A stretch of 64,000 bases of DNA from an uncultured Chthonomonadaceae bacterium (GCA_964429855.1 CAYSDM010000024.1:266-64265); one strand, 5' to 3'. Positions 9,706 to 19,687 are shown, numbered from the stretch's first letter. Numbers and translations: made by a program. Notes: generated from the letters alone by a model not told the origin.

Positions 9706-10860
9706 ATGGACATTCTCGAAAAAATTAACCGTGTCTTCGCCGGATGGTATGAAGGACTGTTTGCCGCCGGGGAGGATGTTCGCCCGAAAGACATCCTGCG
9801 AAAAGTCCTCTTCACGCTGGAATCGTACCGTAAAGAGGGTTTTGATAATCAGGTCTATGTTCCCAATCAGTATGTGCTGGAGATCGCTGTGGAGGAGGAG
9901 GAGAGAGAGACGCTGCTCTCCTTTCTGGATGCAGAGGAGCTTTGCGCCGTCATTCGCCGTTACTGCCAGCAAAATCGGTATGCGATACGCGGCGATCTGG
10001 AGGTAACGATCAAAGAGGTTCCTCTGGAGACGCTGCCTGCGAAAGAGAAGATTCGCGTTCGCTGCCGTTACACTGCGCCAAAGCGTACAAAGACTACCGT
10101 TCCTGCTCCCATTGAAACCGCACATCCCGAATCGCGTCTCGAGACGGAAGAGGCGGATTCGCAGGAGCCGGGAACGGTCGCCTCCGTCTGGCAGGCGAAG
10201 CTGACCATCTTCTCGCCGGGCAAGCCCGCCTATGGGATCGCCCTGCCACCGGAAGGTCTGAGTATCGGGCGATCCGCGAAGCAGGGCAATCAACTGGTGC
10301 TGGAGGGGGACGGCATGGTTTCGCGTCGTCATGCGCGGATCGAGCGCGAAGCGGACGGGCGTTTTACGCTCTACGATCTCGGCGCGACAAACGGAACCAC
10401 TGTCAATGGCAGGCGCGTGGATAACTGCACCCTGCAGGACGGCGACGAGATTGTGATTGGCGCAACGCGAATCCATTTCCATCAGGCAGCGCCGCCTGAA
10501 TCGGAAGATATCCGCCAGAATGCCGTTCGCGCCGTCAACGCCGCTCATTCCGAAAAGGAGAGCCAGCCGCGCCTGATCTTAACCGACAGCGAACGCGACC
10601 TGGAGGTGTTCGTGATCTCCTCTGAGACGCTCATCGGGCGCGGCATGACCAACGATATCGTCCTGCCGGATCGCTCCGTAGCCACCCGCCATGCGCGGCT
10701 AGTGCGCGGCGCGCCTTATATTCTGGAGGCGCTGGATTCTGAGCATGAGACGCTGTTGAACGGTCAGCCGGTGCTGCCGGGAAAGCCCATTGCCGTTCTC
10801 AGCGGCGACATGCTGCGAATCGGCGTCATGACTCTCCGCTTTGAAGAGGGCAAGCCATGA
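9706..10860 (+). CDS. FhaA-like protein (DUF3662-type N-domain + two FHA domains)
   Basis: N-terminus MDILEKINRVFAGWYEGLF. FHA 1: LSIGRS...VSRRHARIEREADGRFTLYDLGATNGTTVNG. FHA 2: TLIGRG...VATRHARLV...LLNGQPV. Confidence 0.85.
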   Translation: MDILEKINRVFAGWYEGLFAAGEDVRPKDILRKVLFTLESYRKEGFDNQVYVPNQYVLEIAVEEEERETLLSFLDAEELCAVIRRYCQQNRYAIRGDLEVTIKEVPLETLPAKEKIRVRCRYTAPKRTKTTVPAPIETAHPESRLETEEADSQEPGTVASVWQAKLTIFSPGKPAYGIALPPEGLSIGRSAKQGNQLVLEGDGMVSRRHARIEREADGRFTLYDLGATNGTTVNGRRVDNCTLQDGDEIVIGATRIHFHQAAPPESEDIRQNAVRAVNAAHSEKESQPRLILTDSERDLEVFVISSETLIGRGMTNDIVLPDRSVATRHARLVRGAPYILEALDSEHETLLNGQPVLPGKPIAVLSGDMLRIGVMTLRFEEGKP

Positions 10861-10955
10861 GTATCGCCCTCGGTCTGGCGCGATTTCTCTTTCTTGCCTT
10901 TCTGGCGCTCTTTCTTCTCTATCTCGTGTGGCTCATTCGCCGCGATCTGGATTAG
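10857..10955 (+). CDS. 32-aa single-TM micro-protein, translationally coupled to the FhaA-like gene (below the ORF-track cut-off)
   Basis: ATGA start/stop overlap at 10857-10860. Translation MSIALGLARFLFLAFLALFLLYLVWLIRRDLD is a hydrophobic helix followed by RRD. Its stop is 3 nt before the PP2C start. Confidence 0.4.
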   Translation: MSIALGLARFLFLAFLALFLLYLVWLIRRDLD

Positions 10956-10958
10956 CGT

Positions 10959-12437
10959 GTGATGATGAGGCGACTCACCTGGGCACATCTCAGCGATGTA
11001 GGCAGAACGCGAAAGAACAATCAGGACAGCCTGGCGGTCGTGGAAGCGCAGGATCTGGACGGTCATCTGGAGGGGCTGTTCATCGTCGCGGACGGCATGG
11101 GAGGGCACGCGGGAGGCGAGGTCGCCAGCCGGGTCGCGATTGAAGTGATTCCGACAGTAGTGCGGGAGACGCTGGCGGTCGGGAACGGTCATGTTCCGGG
11201 AGAGCGCATGGCGACGGCGCTTCGGAAAGCCATCGCCGCCGCCAACGAAGCCATTCGCGAAAAGGCGCGCAACACGCCGGAGCTTCGCAGCATGGGAACC
11301 ACCTGCGTGGCCGCGCTGATTGGCGACGGACTGCTTGCTGTCGGGAATGTGGGAGACAGCCGCCTCTATATGCTCCGGGAGGGCGAACTGATCCAGGTAA
11401 CGAAAGATCACTCTCTGGTGCAGGAGTATATCCAGTCCGGCGAGATGAGTCCCGCGCAGGCGCGCAAGAGCCGATTTCGCAATATTCTGACACGCGCCGT
11501 GGGAATCGCGGGGAAGGTGGAGGCGGATGTCGAGGTCGTTCCGCTGCAGGAGGGCGACAGCCTGCTGCTGTGCAGCGACGGTCTCACCAACATGGTTCCC
11601 GAAACGGAGATCGCCCGAATCCTGGGAACCGTTCCTGATCCCGAAGAAGCCTGCCGGCAACTGGTGGAGACGGCGAATCGCAACGGCGGGGAGGATAATA
11701 TCACCGTCGTGATCGTCCGCAATGGAGAGTTTCGGGAGGTTCCGGTAAAGACTCATCTGGAGGAGCCGATTCCCGCGCCTGTCCCGGTTTCCGCTCCAGT
11801 CGCCGCGTCTCCGGCGCGTCGGAATCAGGATAAATTGAACCAGATCATGATGCTGGTCTGCTTTTTTGTGATCGGCGGGATTCTGGGCTATGCGACGGCG
11901 CGCAGTTCCGAGAGCAGCCAGAAGCCGAAGACTCTCGCTCCCGCGCAGAACACGCCCCCGCCCTCTCTTCCGGCGAAAGCGCCTGCGCCTCCTCCAGACT
12001 TCGGGAGCCTTCTCTACGATGCGCCGGTCACCATCTTCAAAAAGCCGATTCGCGGCGCTCCGCTGGCAACCGATACGGCAGGAAATATCTATGCGACCAC
12101 TGAGACGGGGCGCATCTATCATATTGCGCCGGACGGCAGATCGTTTCGCGATCTGGGCGCGCCGGTGAAGTCCCTGGGACAGGAGCCGCGCATTCGCATG
12201 ACGGCAGATTCCCAGGGCAATGTCTACATCGTCTCCAAAACGGAGCGGTGTATCTACCGTTTCGACTCGAAAGGAACGCGCCGGGGGGTCATCGGAGCGG
12301 GACAACTTCAGGCGCCTGAAGATATCGCCGTAGACGGCAGAGCGAATATCTACGTGGTGGACAAGGGGGTATTGAAACTCTTTCGCGCTCGCCACCCATT
12401 CGATAGAAGTTCGGGGGTGACCGATGGCGCTCGGTAA
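10959..12437 (+). CDS. PP2C-family Ser/Thr phosphatase with TM helix and C-terminal NHL-like beta-propeller repeats
   Basis: HLSDVGRTRKNNQDS, FIVADGMGGHAGGEVAS, LLLCSDGLTN, GGEDNITVVIV. TM segment IMMLVCFFVIGGILGYATA. Repeats GNIYATTETGRIYHI / GNVYIVSKTERCIYRF / ANIYVVDKGVLKLF. Confidence 0.9.
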   Translation: MMMRRLTWAHLSDVGRTRKNNQDSLAVVEAQDLDGHLEGLFIVADGMGGHAGGEVASRVAIEVIPTVVRETLAVGNGHVPGERMATALRKAIAAANEAIREKARNTPELRSMGTTCVAALIGDGLLAVGNVGDSRLYMLREGELIQVTKDHSLVQEYIQSGEMSPAQARKSRFRNILTRAVGIAGKVEADVEVVPLQEGDSLLLCSDGLTNMVPETEIARILGTVPDPEEACRQLVETANRNGGEDNITVVIVRNGEFREVPVKTHLEEPIPAPVPVSAPVAASPARRNQDKLNQIMMLVCFFVIGGILGYATARSSESSQKPKTLAPAQNTPPPSLPAKAPAPPPDFGSLLYDAPVTIFKKPIRGAPLATDTAGNIYATTETGRIYHIAPDGRSFRDLGAPVKSLGQEPRIRMTADSQGNVYIVSKTERCIYRFDSKGTRRGVIGAGQLQAPEDIAVDGRANIYVVDKGVLKLFRARHPFDRSSGVTDGAR

Positions 12438-14472
12438 GCTCGGAAAGTATGAGCGCGTGGATGTGCTGGGGCATGGAGCGACCGGCATCGTCTATCTGGC
12501 CTGGGACACTCTCCTCAAGAAGCAGATCGCTCTGAAGGAGGTGGATGTTCAGTTTGCCGACATCAACCGCTTCCTGGAGGAAGCGCGGGTGATGGATCGG
12601 CTGAATCACCCCAACATCGTCCGCGTCAACAGCGTGGATATTATCGAGGGGCGGGTTGTGATAGATATGGAGTATGTGAAGGGGCAGAACCTTCAGCATC
12701 TCCTGCGCCGTCTGGGGCGTCTGCCTCTCTCCGTCGCGCTGGATATCACCATTCAGGTTCTGGACGCGCTGATCTACGCGCACCAGATGCGAACTATCCA
12801 CCGCGACATCAAGCCCGCCAATATCCTCCTGAGCGCGACCGGACAGGTGAAGCTGACCGATTTCGGTCTGGCGGAGGTGCTTGCCAGCAACTCCTATGCG
12901 GGAGGAGCCGGAACCTACGCCTATATGGCTCCGGAAGACTTCTCCGAGGAGCGGCAGTCCGATCATCGCAGCGATCTCTGGGCCGTCGGAGTGACTTTCT
13001 ATGAGATGTTAACCGGGAGGCGCCCCTTCAATGTCGCCAGCGCGCGCGATCCGTTTGCCTGGCGGCGGGTATTGACCACGGAAGAGCCTGCTCCTTTGAC
13101 ACCGCTGCTTCTCTCCCTGCCGGGTTCCTCGCACTCTCCTGACGGAACCGAAGCCGCAACAGCAGGAGGCGCGGCATACGATGCCGAAGAAGACTCCTGG
13201 AGCTGTCCGATAACCTCTACACAGGCGGTCAGCGAGGTAGACGAAGCGAAGTTTCGTCGGGCGGTGCAGGCGGTCGTCACCTTCGCGCTGGCAAAAGAGA
13301 AGTCTGTTCGCTATGCGACCGCCGTCGAGTTTCGCACGGATCTGATCGCCATTCGCGACAGCTTTCCGACCCTGGTAGAGTTTCCGCAGGTCTCCGATGC
13401 GCAGGAGGAGGCGTCCAGCCACGCGCATCCGGCGGCGGAGATACTGGCGGAGGATTCCAATGTGACTCCGCCCACCACGATGGAGCCGCCGCAGCCTCTT
13501 CGTTTAGAGGCTGCGGAAGAGCCGGTCTCTGTCAGCATGCAGACGCTTGCGCCGGAAACGCCTGTCCCGGAAAGCGCAGCCGTTGCCCCAAAATCTCCGG
13601 AGCCGGTCGGCGAAACGCTTGCGCCTGTAAACGAAACGCTGATGCCGGAACCGGCGGCGCGACCTGCGCCGTTGCCGGCGGAACCTTCTTCAGAACACCG
13701 TACCGTCACCGTCAGAGACGGAAAAGCGAAACCGTCGCGCATTCACGCCGAACCGGAACGGATTGATTTTGGAGTCGTTCGCGCAGACGAAGAGCGCGTT
13801 CGGGTGCTGACGCTGAAAAATGAGGGAGGAGCGCGCTCCATTCGCGGCAGGGTGGTCCATGCTCCGGCATGGGTACAGATCACGCCGAGTTTCTTCTCCC
13901 GCCCGGAACCGAAGCTGAAAGTGATGTTTACGGCGGAAGGACAGGAGCTTGACGGCGATCAGGATGGAGAAGTCCGGGTTGAGACCGATCACGGCGATGT
14001 GCGCCTGTCTGTTCACGCGAAGGTTCAGCCACCCCGTCCACGTTTCAGCGCGGTGGCGCTCTGGTATGTGCCGCTCTTTGCCGTCACGCTGCTGCCCCCC
14101 CTGATCGTCGCCTGGGGCGGTCAGCAGGAGATAGCGCGCCTGATGGTTCCGGCGGCGTCGCTTGCTTCCGCGCTGCTGGCGGTAATGCTGATGATGGTCA
14201 CCATGTCCGCCGGGCTGGGTTCAGCGGAGCGGATGGCGTGCGGTATTCTGGCGTCCGTGATGGCGATTGTACTGGGCGTAACTTTCACGATTGTTCGGAG
14301 CCATAGCAGCGGCAGTCTGGATCAGATTATGATCGTGACCGCCGCGCCGTTTCTGGTGATGCTGGTCATGATGGCGTTTACGCGGAGGTACTGGCGGCTG
14401 TGGGCAGGGGCAATCGGTCTGATCGCAGTGCTTGCTGCCAGCGTTTTCGGGGTGGTGCTGATCGGAATATGA
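12424..14472 (+). CDS. Ser/Thr protein kinase (Hanks type) with Pro-rich linker, Ig-like domain and four C-terminal TM helices
   Basis: GHGATGIVY..IALKEV, HRDIKPANILL, LTDFGLAE, YMAPE. No PASTA repeats. C-terminal hydrophobic segments cover roughly aa 545-680. Overlaps the PP2C gene by 14 nt. Confidence 0.9.
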   Translation: MALGKLGKYERVDVLGHGATGIVYLAWDTLLKKQIALKEVDVQFADINRFLEEARVMDRLNHPNIVRVNSVDIIEGRVVIDMEYVKGQNLQHLLRRLGRLPLSVALDITIQVLDALIYAHQMRTIHRDIKPANILLSATGQVKLTDFGLAEVLASNSYAGGAGTYAYMAPEDFSEERQSDHRSDLWAVGVTFYEMLTGRRPFNVASARDPFAWRRVLTTEEPAPLTPLLLSLPGSSHSPDGTEAATAGGAAYDAEEDSWSCPITSTQAVSEVDEAKFRRAVQAVVTFALAKEKSVRYATAVEFRTDLIAIRDSFPTLVEFPQVSDAQEEASSHAHPAAEILAEDSNVTPPTTMEPPQPLRLEAAEEPVSVSMQTLAPETPVPESAAVAPKSPEPVGETLAPVNETLMPEPAARPAPLPAEPSSEHRTVTVRDGKAKPSRIHAEPERIDFGVVRADEERVRVLTLKNEGGARSIRGRVVHAPAWVQITPSFFSRPEPKLKVMFTAEGQELDGDQDGEVRVETDHGDVRLSVHAKVQPPRPRFSAVALWYVPLFAVTLLPPLIVAWGGQQEIARLMVPAASLASALLAVMLMMVTMSAGLGSAERMACGILASVMAIVLGVTFTIVRSHSSGSLDQIMIVTAAPFLVMLVMMAFTRRYWRLWAGAIGLIAVLAASVFGVVLIGI

Positions 14473-14503
14473 CACGCAAAAACGGCGTTCAGGAGCATCT
14501 TGT

Positions 14504-16066
14504 ATGAACCGTAAGTATATCAACTACGCGATCTTTATCGCCATTGTCGCGGTGGTGGTCGGTCTGGCGGTCAAACACAGCCGGGATATGCAGAACCTGG
14601 TCAATAACATGGCTGGAGACAACCGCGAGGCGCGAGTCGCTGCCGCTAAGGAGTTGGTGAAGGGCGAACAGTTTATGGACGCCATCACCGGCGAACTGGA
14701 AGAGAAGCGCGCAAAGATCGTACTGGCGCTGGAGGACTGGGGCGACAAGGATGCCACCAAGCAGTTGGTTGCGTTTCTCAAAGACCCGGAAAAGGATGTG
14801 CGGGAGCGCATCCTCCTGGCGCTGCTTGCCATCGGCGGGCGATCCGAGGAGAATCTGCAGGAGGTGATCAACGGGATCAAGGAGGGAGACGGCAATGTGC
14901 GCCGTCCCTGCGTGGTTACGCTGCAGGTGCTCGGGCAGAAGGATCGCGCAAGGGCGGGAACCATTCTCCGACAGACGCTGCCCTATGTGGATGACGCCAG
15001 GCTTGCCGGGCTGCTCGACCAGAGCAAGCCGGAGGTGACCGCGCTGATCGTCCCGAAGGTGGTGGAGTATATGAAGAAGGAGGGCGGGGCGCGCGGACCG
15101 GGCGGGGACGTGCTGGCGGCCTTAAAGGAACAGCGCGAGCAGAGCGTCTCCCTGCTGCTGCCGCTCCTTCAGGATAAAGATGAGGGAGTTCGCTCCGGCG
15201 CTGCCTCCGCGCTGGGCAAGCTGGGCAGTCCGACCGCAACGAAGAGCCTGATTGAGGTGATCGAGAAAGATACGGCGCAGGTACGGCGCGTCGCAATCGG
15301 CGCGCTGGCGCTGATTGCCGATCCTGCCGCCGAAGAGACGCTGGAGAGATCACTCGTCTCGCAGCAGACCGACAATGAGGCGCGCGCGCAGGCGGCGCTG
15401 GGTCTGGGAAGGATCGCCTCTCCGAAAGCGATTGATACCTTGATCGCCGCCCTGACTGATTTCGATCTGCGCGTGCAGGATGCCGCGGTTGCGGGTCTGG
15501 CGCGCGCTGGCGAGAAGGCGGTGGATCCGCTTCTCGTCGCGCTTCGTTCAAACAATGCAGAGCTGCGTATTCAGGCAGCGCATGCGCTGGAACGGATCGC
15601 CAGTCCCCGCGCCAACGCCGGACTACGCGCCGCGCTCAGCGATTCGAAATTAGAAGTGAAGAAAGCGGCGATCTCCGCACTCGGTTTCAAGGATAATCGC
15701 GAGGTTGTCGAGGCGCTGGCGGCGCTTCTCTCCGATCCGGACGGCTCTATCGCCTCGGAAGCGGCGGATGCGCTGGCGAAGATCGGCGTTCCGTCGCGGG
15801 AGGCGCTGGCAAAGGTGCTGACCGGAAACAACGATACCGCCGCCTTCTATGCCGCCCGCGCTCTGAGTCAGCAGGGATCAGAGGTGGTTCCCCTGCTTGA
15901 GAAAGCGTCTCAGTCGCCGGGCGCGGCGCGCTGGTCCGCCATTGCGCTGGGCAATGTCGGCGGGCAGCCTTCGGTAGAGGCATTGAAACGAATTGCGCAG
16001 AGCGCAGACCCCGATGCGAAGGCGGTCGCTCAGCAGGCGTTAATGCGGCTGGGTGTGAAAGAGTAG
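14504..16066 (+). CDS. HEAT (PBS-lyase type) repeat protein with N-terminal TM anchor
   Basis: N-terminal YAIFIAIVAVVVGLAV. More than 8 repeats of the form VRxxAAxALGxLGSPxAxxxLIxxL, e.g. VRSGAASALGKLGSPTATKSLIEVI and LRIQAAHALERIASPRANAGL. Confidence 0.8.
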   Translation: MNRKYINYAIFIAIVAVVVGLAVKHSRDMQNLVNNMAGDNREARVAAAKELVKGEQFMDAITGELEEKRAKIVLALEDWGDKDATKQLVAFLKDPEKDVRERILLALLAIGGRSEENLQEVINGIKEGDGNVRRPCVVTLQVLGQKDRARAGTILRQTLPYVDDARLAGLLDQSKPEVTALIVPKVVEYMKKEGGARGPGGDVLAALKEQREQSVSLLLPLLQDKDEGVRSGAASALGKLGSPTATKSLIEVIEKDTAQVRRVAIGALALIADPAAEETLERSLVSQQTDNEARAQAALGLGRIASPKAIDTLIAALTDFDLRVQDAAVAGLARAGEKAVDPLLVALRSNNAELRIQAAHALERIASPRANAGLRAALSDSKLEVKKAAISALGFKDNREVVEALAALLSDPDGSIASEAADALAKIGVPSREALAKVLTGNNDTAAFYAARALSQQGSEVVPLLEKASQSPGAARWSAIALGNVGGQPSVEALKRIAQSADPDAKAVAQQALMRLGVKE

Positions 16067-16094
16067 CCGTCCGTCAACGGCGACTTATCCGATT

Positions 16095-16125
16095 GGGTCT
16101 TTGCGGTCTCAGTACGCAAAGACCC
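16095..16125. terminator. Hairpin between convergent genes
   Basis: Perfect 11-bp stem gggtctttgcg / cgcaaagaccc with a 9-nt loop, followed by attctatt. Confidence 0.5.
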
Positions 16126-16186
16126 ATTCTATTCCAACACGTTCTTCGGTCCAGGTGAAGGCGTCTCTTCGTCAACGTCATCCCTA

Positions 16187-17473
16187 TCATCTCGTTCCAA
16201 CCGCTGCGAGATAGGCTTTCACGGCGGAGTGCATTCCCTGCACGATCCTGTCGGACGCGGCTCTATCCAGCCGATAGGCATCAATGCCCACGCCGGAAGG
16301 GTTCTCCACCGCATGGGCGTCCACCATCTCATTCCAGCTATAGAAGCCGATTCCGTTGGCAATCGCCGCCGTATCCATTCCGTGTTCGCCGCTCAACATC
16401 TCGCTGACCCGATAGCAGATCACCACATCCGCCCGGCTCATTTTACGAAAGCGCGTAATCGCATCGCGCTCCAGCTGAGTGGGACGCCCCTGTATCCAGC
16501 GCAGGATAAGAATATCGGCAAAGCGAAACGCCTCCGGCAGCGCGGCGCAGCTCCACTGATAGGCGGGTCCATGCGGATGGGGACAGTCGAAGGAATAGGG
16601 CATCTCCGCCAGAATCAGCAGGTCGGGGAAACGCCGTTTCAGGCGCTTCGTGATCTCTGTAAAGACAGCGTTTCCCGTCTCTGCCCGGAAGAGCGCATGA
16701 TCCCTTACGGCAGGCGGAAGATGCTTCTGCGGGTCGGAGTAGTCGAAGAGGCGCGTCTCTCGCGGATCAATCTCCTCAAATGCGCCGAACTGCGTGCCCC
16801 AGGCGCGATTCAACCGGGGCAGGTCTTCCTGATACCGCCGCTTGAGCCAGAGGATAAAGGCGCGATTCGTCTGCGCATCATACATGGTTATATCGAGTTC
16901 GCAGCCGAGAGTCACCACCGGACGCGCCTTCCCTTCTTTCATAACATGCAGCAGCGCGCCGTCTTTCGCATAGCGTTCCACATAACGGGAGACATAGGCA
17001 GTCAGGTAGTCCTTGAACTGTGCCGAGGTGATAAGCGAGCCGCCCTGACTACCGTCCTGTCTTACCGTCAGAGGAATGTCCGCCGAGACACCCAGCGCTT
17101 TCGCTGCCCACTGCCTCCGATCGCCTATCGAGATATCGTTGCCGCCATGCGCCTCCAGCCAGGGAACGATCACAAATCCGCACTCTTTCGCCAGCCGATG
17201 CTCGCGATCCAGCCATTTCCACTCCCCGTCCAGCGACTGCGAAAACTCATGATCCACCAGCAGCGTGTTGAACCCCATCGCCTTCAGCCGACGCAGATCA
17301 CGGCGGATCGCCTCATCATCGGACATCCAGGGCTGCCACCAGTGACCAAAGAAGTAGATAGCGACCATCGGTTCGCCGTTCGGAAGCCTCAGAGACGGCA
17401 GAGAGCGCGTTCCCTGCGCACATACCGATCCGGCAAGCAGCATGAGAAACATCAGTACGATCAACAGGCGCAT
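16187..17473 (-). CDS. Secreted TIM-barrel glycoside-hydrolase-like protein (GH42/GH5-like N-domain)
   Basis: Signal peptide MRLLIVLMFLMLLAGSVCAQG. DEAIRRDLRRLKAMGFNTLLVDHEF..WKWLDREHRLAKECGF resembles the first strands of beta-galactosidase-type barrels. Family assignment is tentative. Confidence 0.55.
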   Translation of the reverse strand: MRLLIVLMFLMLLAGSVCAQGTRSLPSLRLPNGEPMVAIYFFGHWWQPWMSDDEAIRRDLRRLKAMGFNTLLVDHEFSQSLDGEWKWLDREHRLAKECGFVIVPWLEAHGGNDISIGDRRQWAAKALGVSADIPLTVRQDGSQGGSLITSAQFKDYLTAYVSRYVERYAKDGALLHVMKEGKARPVVTLGCELDITMYDAQTNRAFILWLKRRYQEDLPRLNRAWGTQFGAFEEIDPRETRLFDYSDPQKHLPPAVRDHALFRAETGNAVFTEITKRLKRRFPDLLILAEMPYSFDCPHPHGPAYQWSCAALPEAFRFADILILRWIQGRPTQLERDAITRFRKMSRADVVICYRVSEMLSGEHGMDTAAIANGIGFYSWNEMVDAHAVENPSGVGIDAYRLDRAASDRIVQGMHSAVKAYLAAVGTR

Positions 17474-17666
17474 GGCGTTTTCTCCTCACTCCTTCATTCC
17501 TCTCCTGATTCCACGCCTGCGGGAAATATATCCTTCTCTCCCTTTTTCAGCGAGAGATATATCCCGAAAAGAAAGATTGGAACCCTGAATCGGATAACGG
17601 AATGAGTCAGATAGCGTCATCTATTGTTAAAAGCAAACAGATCTCTTTAAAAAATGTCACCCTGAC

Positions 17667-17695
17667 TGGACAAAGTCGTTGAAACTCGTTATACT
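17667..17695 (+). promoter_or_regulatory. Candidate sigma70-like promoter for the amidase-GerMN-murI operon
   Basis: TGGACA (17667-17672), 17-nt spacer, TATACT (17690-17695), within an AT-rich 290 bp spacer. Confidence 0.4.
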
Positions 17696-17762
17696 GTTGC
17701 GGCACTAACTATTCGGATATGCGCGTCAGAGACCTGCTCTATTCTACGGGAGGTATAGATTA

Positions 17763-19676
17763 GTGAGGAGATGCGAACCGCGTTTTCGATTCGCAGCGGG
17801 TGCGCTTATTGTCATCGCTCTCAGCCTGATGGCTTCGACAGCGAAGGCGGATACGCTGACTCCGGTGCGCCTGCAGGTAGACGGCAAAGATATCTCCCTG
17901 AAAGTACAGCCCCTCTTTGATGGACGCGAGGTCTATTTGCCGCTTGAGGCGTTACGCGCCTTTGGAATCTCCTGGTCTGTCCTGCGACGCGAGGAGAGTG
18001 TCACTCTCACCTTTCCCGACGGCATCTCCTCTGAATTTGCGCTGGCGCACCCCCGGCATCAGCCGATGCTTCCCCTTTCCACACTGGTAAACGCTCTCAA
18101 TCTCAAAGCGCAGGTGGAGAACGGCGTCTGCAGCGTTCGGCTGCCCCGAACGGAATCAAGGCGCGAAGCCGGTTCCTCCAGCCGGATTCAGCGATGGGGA
18201 GCCGTTCCTCCGCAATCTCCCCCCCCCTCTACACAGTCAGAGTACCGAAAGAACGAGACGGCGCGCACCGGAAGCTCAGGGATCAGCGCAAAGCAGCCAT
18301 CTGATATTCAGAAGGGCGAATCGCTCGAAAACTTCACCACGCGCCCGACCGAAAACCGACCGAAGAACACGGCGCAAACAGACAGGCAGTCAGAACCGCC
18401 GGTCGCTCCCACCTCTACCGCCCGTTTAACGGCGCACGCAGGCTCCTCCTCCCCCGTGGTGTCACGGACTCTTGCGGAGAAGCCGACAATCCCTGTCCGT
18501 CAGGATCGCGAGGTCAATCCTGCTCCCGCCGTCCCACCTCGACAGAACGGCGCGCCTCCGGTACAGATTGCGGCATCTGACGGAAACGGGGAGCGTATGC
18601 AGGCTCCTCAGTCGCTGGACGGACTCGGCTCCTACTTCCAGAGAGTCTTCGAGAACGCGCAGGAGCGGAAGCCGCCTGCGGCCGCGACGAAACCGGCTCC
18701 CATACTGACCGCTATTCAAGATGTCATTCTGGAGCCGATGGGCGATGACCGCGCCAGACTGCGGATCGTGACCGGTGGGCGCGTGGGAGTCAGCGTTCGG
18801 TTTCTACGCCAGCCGACGCGACTGGCGATAGATTTGCCCAATACGCGCCTCGATTCTGAAGCGCGCTCCTGGAATGTGAACCATCCCCTTCTGTCGGAGA
18901 TTCGCGCCCGGACAGGCGAAACGCCCAACATTACGCGCCTGGAACTGAATCTCTCCAAACTGATCAGCTACAGTCTGGTCTCCTCAGGTCAGGACGGCGT
19001 GATATTCAATCTGACCCTGCCGCGCAACGCCGGACAACCGATCCAGGATCTGGTGGTGGTGGTGGATCCGGGACACGGCGGCTCTTCCACCGGATGCAGC
19101 TGGCCCGTCGGCAGCCAGCGCGTCTATGAAAAGCATCTGGCGCTCTCAATGGCGAAAAAGCTGCGGGAGATCATGGAGGAGGCGGGTATAAACGTAATCA
19201 TGACGCGCACGGAGGATGTGGATGTCAGCCTTTCCGCGCGTCCCGCCATCGCCAGCGATAATAACGCCCATCTTTTTATCAGCCTGCATATTGACGACTG
19301 CCGAATTCCCAACTCCGCCTCTGGAACCACCGTATACTATCATAAGAGCGAGCCGAGCAGCCGCACGCTGGCGCACTCCATCATAGAACGGATCGCAATG
19401 GTCAGCGGTCTGCCCAGCCGGGGAGCGCGCTCTGATACCGTCCTCTATGCCAGCGGTCTGGCGGTTCTGCGCGAGAGCGTAACTCCGGCAGTTTTAATTG
19501 AAGTCGGGTATATTAACCATTCAACGGATCGCGCAAAGCTCATGGACTCCGGATTTCAACAGCGTGTCGCGCAGGCCATCTTCGACGGAATTCGCGGCTA
19601 TGTGGAGAGCGCGTTGCCGGAACGCCGCTTCTCCCCCATTGCCCGCGAGACAGAACAGAGCGACTCTCCGCGCTGA
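17763..19676 (+). CDS. N-acetylmuramoyl-L-alanine amidase (Amidase_3) with Cu-amine-oxidase-N-like and AMIN-like domains
   Basis: VVVVDPGHGG, LFISLHID, GTTVYYH, AVLIEVGYINH. N-terminal LQVDGKDISLKVQPLFDGREVYLPLEAL, then a long Pro/Ser-rich linker. Confidence 0.9.
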   Translation: MRRCEPRFRFAAGALIVIALSLMASTAKADTLTPVRLQVDGKDISLKVQPLFDGREVYLPLEALRAFGISWSVLRREESVTLTFPDGISSEFALAHPRHQPMLPLSTLVNALNLKAQVENGVCSVRLPRTESRREAGSSSRIQRWGAVPPQSPPPSTQSEYRKNETARTGSSGISAKQPSDIQKGESLENFTTRPTENRPKNTAQTDRQSEPPVAPTSTARLTAHAGSSSPVVSRTLAEKPTIPVRQDREVNPAPAVPPRQNGAPPVQIAASDGNGERMQAPQSLDGLGSYFQRVFENAQERKPPAAATKPAPILTAIQDVILEPMGDDRARLRIVTGGRVGVSVRFLRQPTRLAIDLPNTRLDSEARSWNVNHPLLSEIRARTGETPNITRLELNLSKLISYSLVSSGQDGVIFNLTLPRNAGQPIQDLVVVVDPGHGGSSTGCSWPVGSQRVYEKHLALSMAKKLREIMEEAGINVIMTRTEDVDVSLSARPAIASDNNAHLFISLHIDDCRIPNSASGTTVYYHKSEPSSRTLAHSIIERIAMVSGLPSRGARSDTVLYASGLAVLRESVTPAVLIEVGYINHSTDRAKLMDSGFQQRVAQAIFDGIRGYVESALPERRFSPIARETEQSDSPR

Positions 19677-19687
19677 GAACCGAATCT

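Noticed and set aside
10764-12488. 574-aa minus-strand ORF
   Set aside because: It is antisense to the PP2C gene, whose catalytic motifs are unambiguous. Composition is that of a shadow ORF.
16229-17605. 458-aa + strand ORF overlapping the glycoside-hydrolase-like gene
   Set aside because: The minus-strand product has a clean signal peptide and a TIM-barrel-like pattern. The + strand product is Arg/His/Pro-rich with no motifs.
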